A stretch of DNA of 32,000 bases from contig NC_006512.1 of the NCBI RefSeq assembly GCF_000008465.1, positions 30,001 through 62,000 of the forward strand, given 5' to 3'. The notes beneath the pieces were generated by a model. The model did not search any database. It was not told the DNA's origin and worked only from the letters and a program-made list of their open reading frames with translations. Origin of the DNA: Idiomarina loihiensis L2TR (GTDB taxonomy: Bacteria; Pseudomonadota; Gammaproteobacteria; Enterobacterales; Alteromonadaceae). This document shows, piece after piece, positions 1 through 9,626 of this stretch. How positions within the stretch are numbered: position 1 is the first letter of the stretch; every line of letters begins with the position of its first letter. Made by a program: the position numbers and the translations under genes.

Positions 1-1
1 T

Positions 2-352
2 GTTAAAACCCTGTTTGGACGTCGTTTACCCTTGCCGGATATAAAAGCCAGTAACGGAGCCCGTAGAAAAGGGGCGGAACGTGCAGCTATCAATGCGCCA
101 ATGCAGGGCACTGCAGCGGATATCATTAAGAAAGCTATGCTGAAAGTTGCCGACTGGATTGACAGTAATAACTGTCAGGATGATGTGCGTATGCTAATGC
201 AAGTTCACGATGAACTGGTGTTTGAAATAAAAGAGTCGAAATTAACGGATTATATTGAACAATTAACTGAAGTAATGGAAAAGGCTGCAAGCCTTGATGT
301 GCCTTTAATAGCGGAAGCTGGTAAAGGTAATAACTGGGACGAAGCTCATTAA
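2..352 (+). CDS. polA: DNA polymerase I, C-terminal end (5' part lies upstream of the window)
   Basis: The frame is open from base 2. The translation ...[16 protein letters not shown]...[17 protein letters not shown]...[10 protein letters not shown]...[10 protein letters not shown] matches the conserved C-terminus of family-A polymerases (QVHDEL motif). Confidence 0.95.
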   Translation, partial: VKTLFGRRLPLPDIKASNGARRKGAERAAINAPMQGTAADIIKKAMLKVADWIDSNNCQDDVRMLMQVHDELVFEIKESKLTDYIEQLTEVMEKAASLDVPLIAEAGKGNNWDEAH

Positions 353-449
353 TTTTAAGAATTGTCTGAACTTTTTATAAAGGGTCTAGTCACAACAAGT
401 GAGGGCATTAATCCTCCCTCAAAAAATTGTTCTCCCTGGATTACTTTTC

Positions 450-476
450 GCCCGGCTTTTTAGTCGGGCTTTTTTC
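450..476 (+). terminator. Rho-independent terminator after polA
   Basis: Stem GCCCGGC (450-456) pairs with GTCGGGC (463-469, one G-U pair), with loop TTTTTA and a following TTTTTT run (470-475). Confidence 0.6.
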
Positions 477-479
477 TGT

Positions 480-1391
480 CTATTTCTGTGGTATGCCAGC
501 CATACCGGAGCGGCCTCTGCGGTTAGCGAACCAAACCCCAACTAAAATGGCGAGCATTCCAACTCCCTGTTGCAACCAGAAGTCTTCGCCATCAAGTATC
601 CCTAGTATAAGAGCGACAATGGGAATTAGGTAGGTGACCGAGCTGGTAAAAACGGTATTGGTGAGTTGTACTACATGGTTAAAAATAACTAAAGCGCCGG
701 CGGTTCCTGCGATACCCAGAGCCAGAACAGAAAACAGCGATAACATTGCGCCCGGCTGCTGAACCTGAGTAATAAACTCCGTTCCTGCAAACAAGTAGAT
801 TGTTGCCGGAACGGCAGCCATAAGCAAAGATATGCCGGTAATGGTTAATGGCGATAAGTCACTGATTTTGTGTTTGATGAGGTTCAGGTTGAGCCCATAA
901 CAAACGGTTGCGGCCAGGACTAACAAGGCGTACAGATTAAAGTCCCAGCTGCCATTAGCCGAAGCGGTAACCAGAAGCAAGGTACCAAACAAGCCAATGG
1001 CTACGCCAATAACCTGTGCTAAGCGCGCTTTTTGATGAAAGAACAATGCACCAATAACCAGTGTTGCGATAGGGGTTAATGCATTTAGGACCCCGGTAAC
1101 GCCGCTTGCCAGCTGTGTTTGGGCAATAGCAAACATAAAAGCCGGAATAAGACTGCCAACCAGCCCGACACTGGCAAGCTTTAACCAATGTTTGCGGGTA
1201 ATTTTATTCAGTCGGCGGGCAATGAAAGGGGCAAGCACAAGTCCTGCTGAGCTGATGCGTAGTGCGCCAACTTCCATTGGACCAAAGGCCAGTAAGCCTT
1301 TTTTTATTAACAAAAAAGAGCTACCCCAAATTAATGCGAGTAACCCTAATAATAACCAGGCACTAAGTGGTGGCGTGTTATTCGTCGTCAT
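480..1391 (-). CDS. DMT-superfamily (EamA-type) membrane transporter
   Basis: The protein is about 300 aa and very hydrophobic, with roughly 10 predicted TM segments and a duplicated EamA-like organisation ([14 protein letters not shown]...). I prefer the ATG at 1391 ([12 protein letters not shown]...) over the ORF-track start at 1439. The chosen start overlaps the engB stop by 14 nt. Confidence 0.8.
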   Translation of the reverse strand: MTTNNTPPLSAWLLLGLLALIWGSSFLLIKKGLLAFGPMEVGALRISSAGLVLAPFIARRLNKITRKHWLKLASVGLVGSLIPAFMFAIAQTQLASGVTGVLNALTPIATLVIGALFFHQKARLAQVIGVAIGLFGTLLLVTASANGSWDFNLYALLVLAATVCYGLNLNLIKHKISDLSPLTITGISLLMAAVPATIYLFAGTEFITQVQQPGAMLSLFSVLALGIAGTAGALVIFNHVVQLTNTVFTSSVTYLIPIVALILGILDGEDFWLQQGVGMLAILVGVWFANRRGRSGMAGIPQK

Positions 1392-2010
1392 ACTCTTTGC
1401 TATACCACTGGTTGAGTTTCTCTTCGACTTGCTCGACACCTATGCGCTTCAATGAGGAAAAGGCTTCAACCTGAACGTCGCCGTTGAAGGCAATTGCCGC
1501 TTGCTTGGCTTTTAAAACGGTTGATTTGCGCGCGCCTTGTTTGAGTTTGTCTGCTTTAGTTAATAAAGCCAGTACCGGCAGATCGCAGTCTACAGCCCAG
1601 TAAATTAATTCCTGATCGGTTTCGCGGAAAGGGTGACGAATATCCATTAATACCACGATGCCCTTTAAACTGTCCCTTTGCTGAAGGTACTCGCTTAAAG
1701 AACGTTGCCATTTTTCTTTGACAGCTAATGGAACCTTAGCGAATCCGTAGCCGGGTAAATCTATCAGTCGCTGACCTGTGGTTAGTTCAAAAACGTTAAT
1801 TAACTGAGTCCGTCCCGGCGTTTTACTGGTGCGGGCCAACGCTTTTTGACGCGTCAGGGTGTTTAACGCACTGGATTTCCCTGCGTTAGAACGGCCGGCG
1901 AAAGCAACTTCAATGCCTGAGTCCGGCGGCAGTTTGCTGATATCGGGTGCACTGGTCACAAATTTTGCCGATGCGTAATCTAATTGCTGATCTGCCACTA
2001 TTAAGGTCAC
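1378..2010 (-). CDS. engB: Ribosome-biogenesis GTPase EngB/YihA
   Basis: [37 protein letters not shown]...[11 protein letters not shown]...[10 protein letters not shown]...LLTKADKL follows E. coli EngB almost residue for residue (G1, G3 and G4 motifs). The start is uncertain. By alignment to E. coli, a GTG at 2010 or 1998 fits better than the ATG at 2076, but none has a clear SD. Confidence 0.9.
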   Translation of the reverse strand: MTLIVADQQLDYASAKFVTSAPDISKLPPDSGIEVAFAGRSNAGKSSALNTLTRQKALARTSKTPGRTQLINVFELTTGQRLIDLPGYGFAKVPLAVKEKWQRSLSEYLQQRDSLKGIVVLMDIRHPFRETDQELIYWAVDCDLPVLALLTKADKLKQGARKSTVLKAKQAAIAFNGDVQVEAFSSLKRIGVEQVEEKLNQWYSKEYDDE

Positions 2011-2193
2011 TTTTATTGAAAAAACGGAACATCTACGCGCATTATGAAGTATCCGGACAGTATCTCCAATGATCATTTAGCAATTGATTCGGTTTTAATC
2101 ATTTAATCCACACAAGTTTTGTGTAAAATAGCAACCTGCTTAAGGTGATTTATTGGGGCGCGTGGCGCCATCCAGAACAGAAGAGAAGCAAAC

Positions 2194-2820
2194 ATGAAAA
2201 AATTCGCAATCTTTTTGGGACTTTTCTTCGGTACCGCCGGTATCGCAGTAGCACAAAGCGGCGACGCTGAAGCCGGAAAAGAGAAATCGCAAGTTTGTGC
2301 GGCTTGCCATGGACCCAATGGTGAATCTCCGACCGATATGTACCCACATTTGGCCGGTCAGCACCAAAAGTATTTGTTGAAGCAGCTGAAAGATTTCAAA
2401 TTGGCCTCTGAAACAGGCGGCGAAGAAGGCCGTAATAACCCCATTATGATGGGGCAGGTTGCCTCCTTATCAGAAGAGGACATGGCCGACCTTGCTGCGT
2501 TTTATGCAGCGAAGGACTCACCGAAAGGCGAAACTCCTGAAGACATCATCGCTAAAGGCGAAGATTTATTCCGCCGCGGGAACCCTGATAGCAATATGCC
2601 TTCATGTGCAGGTTGCCACGGCCCTCGAGGTAATGGCATGGGCTTAGCTGCTTTTCCTGATATTTCAGGTCAGCACGCCGCATACACCAAGTCTCAGTTA
2701 GAAATGTTCCGTAGCGGCGAGCGTGCAAACGATCCGAATGAAATGATGCAAGGCGTTACAGAGAAAATGACAGACGAGGAAATTGAGTTGCTGTCTAAGT
2801 TCTTGAGTGGCTTGTATTAA
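2194..2820 (+). CDS. Dihaem cytochrome c4 (periplasmic)
   Basis: It has a signal peptide (MKKFAIFLGLFFGTAGIAVA) and two CxxCH haem motifs (CAACH, CAGCH). Each motif is followed by a Met-containing distal region, in two repeated halves typical of cytochrome c4. Confidence 0.9.
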   Translation: MKKFAIFLGLFFGTAGIAVAQSGDAEAGKEKSQVCAACHGPNGESPTDMYPHLAGQHQKYLLKQLKDFKLASETGGEEGRNNPIMMGQVASLSEEDMADLAAFYAAKDSPKGETPEDIIAKGEDLFRRGNPDSNMPSCAGCHGPRGNGMGLAAFPDISGQHAAYTKSQLEMFRSGERANDPNEMMQGVTEKMTDEEIELLSKFLSGLY

Positions 2821-2841
2821 ATTTGTATTTGCGAATAGAAA

Positions 2842-2863
2842 AGCGACTTCGGTCGCTTTTTTT
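2842..2863 (+). terminator. Rho-independent terminator after cytochrome c4
   Basis: AGCGAC-TTCG-GTCGCT hairpin (GNRA-like tetraloop) followed by a run of 7 T. Confidence 0.8.
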
Positions 2864-3074
2864 ATGGGTATGAAAAATGTTATGAGCAATGTGCTTTTTT
2901 GTGCCTTGTTAACAAAAAGTAATAAAAAAGTGGTTTTTTAGATCAATAAAATCATTGAATTAATATTTGGTTCAAGTAGTCTTAACAACGCTCGGGGAGC
3001 TTCCAGACAGAAAAAAACAAAAAAAAGATGTTAAAAGCCCTTGAGAAAATAATAAAAAGACTGTAAAAATACAG

Positions 3075-3328
3075 CTGACTCGACACAAAAAAATAACAAG
3101 AGGTCGAGAGGTTATCGAAAAGTCAGATGTTATCTTATTTCTCGATAATCCAGGGAGTAAAGCCAACAGGCTCGCGGTTGCTCCACTTAATAATAACAAT
3201 AATAAAAAGCAGACAGGTTACGGAAAACCGCAATAAAAACTCGGAAACAGTGACAACCATTCTCATAGTTGCAGTGCGCTGCCAATTTTATGAGAGAATC
3301 AGGCGATGTGAAAGCATCGCCTTTTTTC
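3075..3328 (+). ncRNA. Candidate small RNA (unassigned family) in the cc4-yihI spacer
   Basis: A possible sigma70 promoter has TTGAGA (3041-3046), a 17-nt spacer and TAAAAA (3064-3069). Internal hairpins are present (CTCGAC..GTCGAG; TTATCGA..TCGATAA; GGTT-ACGGAA-AACC). A strong intrinsic terminator lies at 3301-3328, and no credible ORF is present. The 5' end is only a guess. Confidence 0.25.
3301..3328 (+). terminator. Orphan rho-independent terminator about 100 nt upstream of yihI
   Basis: A perfect 8-bp stem AGGCGATG / CATCGCCT with a 6-nt loop is followed by TTTTTCTT. It is functional only in the + orientation, because the reverse strand has no T-run after it. Confidence 0.7.
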
Positions 3329-3431
3329 TTGCCTAAAAATCATCTCAGACTTGTAATTCGTTGCTCCCCACTGACGTAATCCACGTTATTGCGTTACAAT
3401 AGACCACATTAGTTGTTATTCAGGAGCGACC

Positions 3432-3845
3432 ATGACTCGCCAGAAAAAGACACGTAAGGCCGGACCACTGGCACAGCCTAAAACTCCGAGAGATGCACGC
3501 GCAACAGATGCGGCATCCAAGGGCAAGAAAAAAGGAAAGGGACAAGCGCCTGGTCAGCGACATTCATCGGCTAAAGTTCTGCAACAAAGCAAAACAAAAG
3601 GAGATGAGAAAGATCCCCGCCATGGAAGTCGTCGTAAAATAGCTTTGGTGATGACACCTGAACAGGAGCTGAAGCAGTTGCAGGAAGATACCAAACTGCA
3701 GCTACTGGCTGAACGCTTTGAAAACGATGAGTCTCTGACAGCAGAAGAGCAAAGCTACCTGGACGAGAAATCTGAGCGTTACGAGCAGCTGATTGCCAAA
3801 CTGGGTTATGAACTCGACGAAGAATGGGACGACGAGGAGAACTAA
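3432..3845 (+). CDS. yihI: Der GTPase-activating protein YihI
   Basis: The N-terminus is lysine/arginine-rich (MTRQKKTRKAGP...GKKKGKG...DPRHGSRRKI). The C-terminus is acidic (LLAERFENDESLTAEEQSYLDEKSERYEQL...EEWDDEEN). Both features, and the position near engB, match YihI. Confidence 0.85.
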   Translation: MTRQKKTRKAGPLAQPKTPRDARATDAASKGKKKGKGQAPGQRHSSAKVLQQSKTKGDEKDPRHGSRRKIALVMTPEQELKQLQEDTKLQLLAERFENDESLTAEEQSYLDEKSERYEQLIAKLGYELDEEWDDEEN

Positions 3846-4303
3846 TGTCCAGCGAACTTTATTGGATTATCGCCATTGTAGGCGTATTGATTATTGTAGC
3901 TCTGGGTTGGTACGCTTCGACTTTACTGTTGCGCCTGCGTACTCAGACTCAAGTTCGCGAAGCTGCGGTGCAAAAGCGCGTTGACCGTATTGATGAAAGC
4001 ATTATTACCATAGCCAAAGCAATGCAGCAGGAGCAATGTCCGCTGTCTGAAGGATGCTTGAGAATTGTAGTGTTGCTTGATCATCGACCTGAAGCGGTCG
4101 ATTACGATTACTCTAATGACTACCCTGCAATGCACGATATGTACGAGAAAATTAAGCATATGCCAACGCATGAATCGCGTAAGAAGTTTCCTAAGAAGAA
4201 AGTGAAGGAAATGGACGACGAGCGAGAAGGCTATGAGAAGTCCATGCGCGATATTATTCTTTCTGACGTTGATAAGCTATTAAAGCAATTTCCGGCGGCC
4301 TGA
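3845..4303 (+). CDS. Inner-membrane protein, DUF2489-like (family name recalled, unverified)
   Basis: The ATG at 3845 overlaps the yihI stop (TAATG). There is one N-terminal TM helix (LYWIIAIVGVLIIVALGWYASTLLL) and then a soluble charged domain. A yihI-adjacent gene of this type is common in marine gammaproteobacteria. Confidence 0.55.
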   Translation: MSSELYWIIAIVGVLIIVALGWYASTLLLRLRTQTQVREAAVQKRVDRIDESIITIAKAMQQEQCPLSEGCLRIVVLLDHRPEAVDYDYSNDYPAMHDMYEKIKHMPTHESRKKFPKKKVKEMDDEREGYEKSMRDIILSDVDKLLKQFPAA

Positions 4304-4312
4304 GGAGGCGGC

Positions 4313-5140
4313 ATGGCGTTTTTTAAAGGTGTAAAAGAAGATATAGCCAGCGTTTTTGCAAGAGACCCGGCTGCGCGCAATACCATGGAAGTGTTATTTC
4401 ACTATCCCGGGCTTCACGCTACCTGGTTTCATCGCGTAAGTCATAAGCTCTGGGGCTGGAAACTGTACTGGCTTGCCCGTTTTGTCTCTAATATTTCACG
4501 TTGGCTTACCGGTATTGAGATTCATCCCGGGGCTAAAATTGGTCGTCGTTTCTTTATCGACCACGGTATGGGTGTGGTTATTGGTGAAACTGCGGAAATT
4601 GGTGACGATGTCACTCTTTACCATGGTGTCACTCTTGGTGGTACAAGCTGGCATAAAGGTAAGCGACACCCGACATTGAAAGACGGTGTGGTTATTGGTG
4701 CCGGGGCTAAAGTACTGGGTCCCATTACGGTCGGAAAATCTGCCCGCATTGGTTCTAACGCTGTTGTTGTCCGCGACGTACCTGAATTAACAACGGTTGT
4801 AGGCATTCCGGCTCGTGTGGCTCAGTCTGGTGTTGATAAAGAAACGACTGAGCGACGCAAGAAAATGGCTCAGGAATACGGTTTTGATGCTTATGCTATC
4901 TCGGCAGATAATCCTGACCCGGTGGCAACCGCAATAGGCCGGATGTTGGATCATGTGCAGGTGCTGGATAACAAGGTGTCTGACCTATGCCAGGCGGTTA
5001 ATAAGCTCGGTGGCGATGTCTGCGGTGAGATCCCCGAAGTTGATATGGACGACGTCGAGTTTCTGGAAGAAAGCGAACGCGCCGCTAAACGACGCGCTCA
5101 TAAAGACGATGCTTCTGCATCGGATACTCAAGAACCTTAA
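4313..5140 (+). CDS. cysE: Serine O-acetyltransferase
   Basis: [30 protein letters not shown]...[44 protein letters not shown]...RHPTL is the CysE signature with left-handed beta-helix hexapeptide repeats. A good SD (GAGGAGG) precedes the ATG. Confidence 0.9.
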   Translation: MAFFKGVKEDIASVFARDPAARNTMEVLFHYPGLHATWFHRVSHKLWGWKLYWLARFVSNISRWLTGIEIHPGAKIGRRFFIDHGMGVVIGETAEIGDDVTLYHGVTLGGTSWHKGKRHPTLKDGVVIGAGAKVLGPITVGKSARIGSNAVVVRDVPELTTVVGIPARVAQSGVDKETTERRKKMAQEYGFDAYAISADNPDPVATAIGRMLDHVQVLDNKVSDLCQAVNKLGGDVCGEIPEVDMDDVEFLEESERAAKRRAHKDDASASDTQEP

Positions 5141-6708
5141 TCTTTTAAATTAAAGCGCTCAATCAATGAATACAGCTCTTTACTGGTATTTTGCAGTTCG
5201 TTGCTTGAGTGCTGAGTTTGCTCTGCCGTCTGCTGGGTCTGGCGAGCTGTATTGGCAATTTCAGTAATTTGTTCACTAATATGGTCAGCCACGCCACTTT
5301 GTTCTTCAACAGCTGAAGCCATCTGTGCTGACATGTCAGAGATATCCTGGATAGCAACTGAGATTTCGGCAAGTGCATTGTCGGCCTGACGGACTTTGTC
5401 TACTCCTTCAGCTGCCGCTTGTTCACCTTGTTTCGATACCTCTACTGCATTACGTGCACGATCACGTAGTTGCTGGATGACTTTGTGAATACCCTCGGTA
5501 GACTGAGTGGTTCTTGACGCCAATGAACGAACCTCATCAGCAACGACTGAGAAACCGCGGCCATGCTCCCCGGCACGTGCTGCTTCTATGGCTGCGTTCA
5601 ATGCCAACAGGTTGGTTTGATCCGCAATAGATGAGATTAAATCTGCGGCTTCGCCTATAGCCCCGGTCGACTGATCCAATTCTTCAACTGTTTTTGCTAT
5701 CTCCCTTACGGCATCGTGCAGCCTTACAATAACTTCGCTTGCCTCTCGGGCAAGGCCTACACTTTCACTAACATTAGCTTTGGCCGATTCAGCTTGCTGT
5801 GCGTTACGCTCGACAGTATCCGCGACCTCCTGAATCGCTGAGGCCATCTCATTCATAGCGGTTGCAGTCTGTTCCGTAGCTGCTGTCTGTTTGTCGACGT
5901 ACTGTTTACTTAGCTGCGCTTGCTCGTAGGTATCATCGGTGACCTTTAACAAACCGCCGACGGCATCTTTCATGCGGCTTAATGCTGTCTGGTTACGTGC
6001 GCCTTCACTCACTAGCTGCATTGCCAGCTTAGCCTCGCGCCCTTGCTTATCGAAATAAGTCATACCAACTAACTCTGAATCGAAAGCTTCTGGGCGTAAT
6101 GTTAATAAACCTTGCAGCATACGCCCGATATAAGCGCCATAAGCAAAGGTTGTCACGGCCGTAGCGACTAAGGCGATAAGAGCTGATAGAGGCTCACCCA
6201 GTATGGCGATTGTGGCACTGGCAATAAGACCCGGAGCGACGACCGGCATTAAATCTTTAAAGCCTAACCATAAACGTTTACTTAAGGGGATGGCGTGTTT
6301 TCCTGCGTTTAGACGGTCATAAACGCCCTGAGCTCTTTTTTTACGGTTATCTGACGCTGCAACGCGGACGGATTCAAACCCAACTGGCTTACCGTTTTCC
6401 ACAATAGGCGTGACATAAGCGCTGACCCAATAATGATCACCATTTTTACAACGGTTTTTAATTAGGCCCATCCAGGGTTTCCCGCGTTTAATCGTTTTCC
6501 ACATTTGCTCAAAGACGCCGCCGGGCATATCGGGGTGACGGAGCACATTATGGGGAGAGCCGATTAGTTCATCTCGCGTATAACCACTAACACTGACAAA
6601 GTCCTCGTTACAGTGCTTAATGACTCCTTTAAGATCGGTTGAAGATATCAATCGATAGTGGTCTGGAAAGCGGTTTTCCTTTCCTGTTACCGGACCGTTA
6701 TTTTTCAT
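5137..6708 (-). CDS. aer: Aer-like aerotaxis receptor (PAS domain + methyl-accepting chemotaxis signalling domain)
   Basis: The N-terminal PAS domain ([52 protein letters not shown]) closely resembles Aer. The C-terminal MCP hairpin has [37 protein letters not shown] prefer the ATG at 6708 ([19 protein letters not shown]) over the GTG at 6720. Confidence 0.9.
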   Translation of the reverse strand: MKNNGPVTGKENRFPDHYRLISSTDLKGVIKHCNEDFVSVSGYTRDELIGSPHNVLRHPDMPGGVFEQMWKTIKRGKPWMGLIKNRCKNGDHYWVSAYVTPIVENGKPVGFESVRVAASDNRKKRAQGVYDRLNAGKHAIPLSKRLWLGFKDLMPVVAPGLIASATIAILGEPLSALIALVATAVTTFAYGAYIGRMLQGLLTLRPEAFDSELVGMTYFDKQGREAKLAMQLVSEGARNQTALSRMKDAVGGLLKVTDDTYEQAQLSKQYVDKQTAATEQTATAMNEMASAIQEVADTVERNAQQAESAKANVSESVGLAREASEVIVRLHDAVREIAKTVEELDQSTGAIGEAADLISSIADQTNLLALNAAIEAARAGEHGRGFSVVADEVRSLASRTTQSTEGIHKVIQQLRDRARNAVEVSKQGEQAAAEGVDKVRQADNALAEISVAIQDISDMSAQMASAVEEQSGVADHISEQITEIANTARQTQQTAEQTQHSSNELQNTSKELYSLIERFNLKD

Positions 6709-6797
6709 AAGCACCTTCACATTGTTTGATTAACATCAATATCAGTAGGGTTATCGTATCCTTGCGGGAAAAGTTTAGCAAAATAGGCGTTTAGCCA

Positions 6798-6823
6798 TAA
6801 AAAAACGCCGCTAAAAGCGACGT
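6798..6823 (-). terminator. Rho-independent terminator after the cold-shock gene
   Basis: In the minus sense, ACGTCGC-TTTTA-GCGGCGT (one G-U pair) is followed by TTTTTTT. Confidence 0.7.
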
Positions 6824-6875
6824 TTTTAAATTCTTTGTATAAACGTTCGGCACCCGAAAGGGTACAGAAGGTTCC

Positions 6876-7082
6876 TTACATAGGAACTACGTTTTCAGCT
6901 TGTGGACCTTTAGGGCCTTGAGCTACGGTGAAAGAAACTTGCTGGCCTTCTGCCAGAGTTTTAAAACCGTCAGACTGAATAGCGCTGAAATGTACGAAAA
7001 CGTCTGCGCCGTTTTCTTGTTCGATGAAACCGAAGCCTTTAGCTTCGTTAAAGAATTTTACTTTACCAGTAGTAGTAGACAT
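6876..7082 (-). CDS. Cold-shock protein, CspA family
   Basis: [65 protein letters not shown] contains the RNP1 (KGFGFI) and RNP2 (VFVHF) motifs. The start is the internal ATG at 7082 (SD GAGGAA), not 7127. Confidence 0.95.
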   Translation of the reverse strand: MSTTTGKVKFFNEAKGFGFIEQENGADVFVHFSAIQSDGFKTLAEGQQVSFTVAQGPKGPQAENVVPM

Positions 7083-7225
7083 GCTGATATTCCTCGTAGT
7101 GCATGTTGAAATCAATGTAGTGCTCAAAAAACTTAGGTATTACTTGGACTTACAGAACGAGGTACAGCAAAAATGACTTCGTAAAAAATCTCAAATCAAT
7201 AGCCGAAATTTTCTCAGCGGTTTTG

Positions 7226-7253
7226 AGTATACGCTTAAAACCGCCTGAGTCAA
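7226..7253 (-). promoter_or_regulatory. Putative sigma70 promoter of the csp gene, giving a 5' UTR of about 135 nt
   Basis: In the minus sense there is TTGACT (7253-7248), a 16-nt spacer and TATACT (7231-7226). Long 5' UTRs are characteristic of cold-inducible cspA-type genes. Confidence 0.45.
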
Positions 7254-7265
7254 CAATACCTTGAG

Positions 7266-7811
7266 TTATTTTAACCAGTTACGGCTGATATGCCGGAAGG
7301 TATCTGTTCCTGATTTTTCCAGCCATTCAAATGCTGCCATTTCCGAAGTGATGATTTCCACTCCGGCGTTCCGCATACGCTCAATGGCACTAGCTTTGTC
7401 CGTAGGACGCCGGGATCCAACCGTGTCGGCAGGTAAAAATACCTGGTATCCCGATGCCTGAAGCTCCATCGCTGTTTGAAGAACACACACGTGGGTTTCC
7501 ATGCCCATGATAACCACCTGCTTCTTATTATACTCTGAAAGCACATCACGGAAGGTATCATCGCGCAGGGCGCTGAAATGCGTTTTCTCGACCACCCGGG
7601 CGGCTTCAATGATCTCTTCTAGACTGTCTACGGTGTACCCCAAGCCTTTAGGATACTGCTCGGTAATAAGGATGGGTAAATCCAGCTGCATGGCAATTTC
7701 GCCCAGCCAGCGCATGCGAGAAGTAACCACATCGCGTTGGTGGATGGCTGGCAGTAACTTCTCCTGAGCATCAACAATCAGTAGTAAAGAGTCTTTCGCA
7801 GAAAGTAGCAT
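7266..7811 (-). CDS. Isochorismatase-family (cysteine) hydrolase
   Basis: LLLIVDAQEKLL... is the N-terminal Asp strand. ...VVIMGMETHVCVLQTAMEL is the catalytic Cys strand typical of the isochorismatase/YcaC fold. An SD (AGGAA) is present. Confidence 0.85.
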   Translation of the reverse strand: MLLSAKDSLLLIVDAQEKLLPAIHQRDVVTSRMRWLGEIAMQLDLPILITEQYPKGLGYTVDSLEEIIEAARVVEKTHFSALRDDTFRDVLSEYNKKQVVIMGMETHVCVLQTAMELQASGYQVFLPADTVGSRRPTDKASAIERMRNAGVEIITSEMAAFEWLEKSGTDTFRHISRNWLK

Positions 7812-7997
7812 GATGTATTCCTGTTGGTACTAAGTGATAACAGATACTAACTCTAGCTGATTAACACTACCATCAGCAAAAAGTCTAAACTTGGTTAATA
7901 ATTATGCGTGAAATTTGCAGTTAAGGCGGTCAATGGCTACAATCCCCGCCTTTCCAAATGCAGATGCACATCCAAACAGTAAATAAAAGGTGACACC

Positions 7998-8489
7998 ATG
8001 GCTCCGGTATTGATTCTAATGGGTTCCCAGTCCGATTGGCCGGTAATGCAAAAAGCGGCAGAAATGCTCGAGTCCCTGGGCATTAAATGGCAGGCGAAAG
8101 TGGTCTCTGCACACCGCACGCCGGACTTACTTAAATCGACAATGGAACAAGCGGAACAAGATGGTGTGCCTGTGGTTATTGCGGGAGCCGGTGGTGCTGC
8201 TCATTTACCGGGTATGCTGGCGGCTTATACTGCTATTCCAGTGTTTGGTGTGCCGGTTCCGAGCAAGCAGTTAAAAGGTTTAGACAGCTTATTGTCTATT
8301 GTGCAAATGCCTAAGGGTGTCGCTGTTGGTACTCTGGCTATTGGCGATGCCGGCGCGGCAAACGCAGGCTTACTGGCGGCACAGGTTATTGGCAGCTTTG
8401 ACAGTGACGTGCGCAAACGGGTACACGAATTCCGCACTGCACAAAAAGAAAAAGTGATGGCTAACTCAGACTTGGAATTACCAAAATGA
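7998..8489 (+). CDS. purE: N5-carboxyaminoimidazole ribonucleotide mutase
   Basis: [17 protein letters not shown]...VVSAHRTPD...[26 protein letters not shown] is the canonical PurE sequence. Confidence 0.95.
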   Translation: MAPVLILMGSQSDWPVMQKAAEMLESLGIKWQAKVVSAHRTPDLLKSTMEQAEQDGVPVVIAGAGGAAHLPGMLAAYTAIPVFGVPVPSKQLKGLDSLLSIVQMPKGVAVGTLAIGDAGAANAGLLAAQVIGSFDSDVRKRVHEFRTAQKEKVMANSDLELPK

Positions 8490-9574
8490 AAATCCTGATC
8501 CTTGGTAACGGCCAGTTAGGGCAAATGCTGGGTAAAGCTGTTATTCAGCAGGGCCATGAATGTGTTTTATACAGCGACCGGCAAGATCAGGTCATGGCAT
8601 TGGGTAGCCAGCAGCCGTTATCGATGACGTTAGCGGAAGCGAATGAATGGGCTGATGTGACAACCTGGGAGCACGAGCACTTAGGTGAAGAGCTGGTGGC
8701 TAAAGCTGCCGACAAATTTCTGTTGCAACCTGAACGTTTTAATCTGCTGGTTGACCGTCGCTCTCAAAAAGCCTTGTGCGATGAGCTGGATATACCTACA
8801 TCGGCCTGGAAGGCATACGAAAACGCAGCTGAGTTAAGCGCTATTTTAAACGGCTGCGACCATGCAGTTGTCATTAAATCGGCAAAAGGCGGTTACGATG
8901 GCAAAGGTCAGTGGCGCTGGCGTCCGGGTGACGACATTGCGGCCGTTGCGGAAGACGCCGGGCAACGCCCGGGTATTGTTGAAGACATGATCGATTTTAC
9001 CGATGAAGTGTCGGTTGTCGGTGCGCGTTCACATAAAGGTGAACAGCGTTGTTTCCCGCTGACGTTGAACGTGCATACCCAGGGTATTTTGTCGTATAGC
9101 CTGGCGGGTGCAGAGCATTTTTCAAAAAAACTGGAAACCTTAGCCAAAGAACATCATCAGAAACTGACCAATGCGCTGGACTACGTCGGTGTATTAGCTA
9201 TTGAGTTCTTCGTTGTCGGTGAAGGTGACAACCAACACTTGCTGGTGAACGAAGTGGCACCGCGGGTTCATAATTCCGGTCACTGGACGATGAGCGGTGC
9301 TAACTGCGATCAGTTTAATTTGCATATACGTGCTATTACCGGCTTGCCATTGCCGGACTTGCTGATCGCGCCGACATTAATGGTGAACGTAATTGGTGTT
9401 GCCGGTATTCCGGAAGCTTTGTGGGAAGCCGCCGCTGCCGACTGTCACTGGTACGGTAAAGAGGCACGTCACGGGCGTAAAGTGGGTCACGTTAATATCA
9501 TGATTGATTCGTTTGAACGCGGCGAGAACCTGGCCAGCAGTTGGGCTGAAAAGCTGCAACTACTGGTTGGCTAA
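8486..9574 (+). CDS. purK: N5-carboxyaminoimidazole ribonucleotide synthase (ATP-grasp)
   Basis: Its start overlaps the purE stop by 4 nt (ATGA). [15 protein letters not shown]..., ATP-grasp core ([16 protein letters not shown]), [13 protein letters not shown] and the C-terminal GRKVGH are as in PurK. Confidence 0.95.
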   Translation: MKILILGNGQLGQMLGKAVIQQGHECVLYSDRQDQVMALGSQQPLSMTLAEANEWADVTTWEHEHLGEELVAKAADKFLLQPERFNLLVDRRSQKALCDELDIPTSAWKAYENAAELSAILNGCDHAVVIKSAKGGYDGKGQWRWRPGDDIAAVAEDAGQRPGIVEDMIDFTDEVSVVGARSHKGEQRCFPLTLNVHTQGILSYSLAGAEHFSKKLETLAKEHHQKLTNALDYVGVLAIEFFVVGEGDNQHLLVNEVAPRVHNSGHWTMSGANCDQFNLHIRAITGLPLPDLLIAPTLMVNVIGVAGIPEALWEAAAADCHWYGKEARHGRKVGHVNIMIDSFERGENLASSWAEKLQLLVG

Positions 9575-9600
9575 ACTTTTTAGGGCGTTAATAATTCTGC

Positions 9601-9626
9601 GAATGAGCGGCTAAAACCGCTCATTC
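9601..9626. terminator. Perfect 10-bp hairpin between convergent purK and the esterase gene (possible bidirectional terminator)
   Basis: GAATGAGCGG-CTAAAA-CCGCTCATTC. It includes the last codons of the esterase gene and has no clear U-run on either strand, so function is uncertain. Confidence 0.35.

Noticed and set aside
353-479. Possible Spot 42 (spf) sRNA, which sits between polA and engB in E. coli
   Set aside because: I compared the region with the E. coli Spot 42 sequence from memory and found no recognisable similarity. The spacer here holds only two hairpins that are adequately explained as the polA terminator, and an EamA gene intervenes before engB.
427-1455. ORFs 427-633(+), 955-1188(-) and 1192-1455(+) overlapping the EamA transporter gene
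   Set aside because: They are antisense to or out of frame with a 300-aa membrane protein that has a clear family signature. Their translations are low-complexity or Pro/Ser/Arg-rich and lack SD sequences.
2103-2367. Three overlapping minus-strand ORFs (65-75 aa) at the start of the cytochrome c4 gene
   Set aside because: They are antisense to a well-supported dihaem cytochrome gene and its promoter, with Arg/Leu-rich nonsense-like translations.
3100-3300. CsrB/CsrC-type CsrA-sequestering RNA
   Set aside because: Only about three GGA motifs are present (CAGGGAG, ACGGAA, TCGGAA) and only one is in an obvious hairpin loop. Csr sponge RNAs normally carry many more, so the family call is not supported.
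2972-3336. ORFs 2972-3199(-) and 3127-3336(+) in the cc4-yihI spacer
   Set aside because: The first is generated by poly-T/poly-A tracts (FFCFFLS...). The second runs straight through an intrinsic terminator hairpin. Neither has an SD, so the region is treated as non-coding (candidate sRNA) instead.
7880-7997. PurR box upstream of purEK (ATGCGTGAAATTTGCAG)
   Set aside because: It is a poor match to the palindromic ACGCAAACGTTTGCGT consensus, and I cannot verify that this lineage uses PurR.
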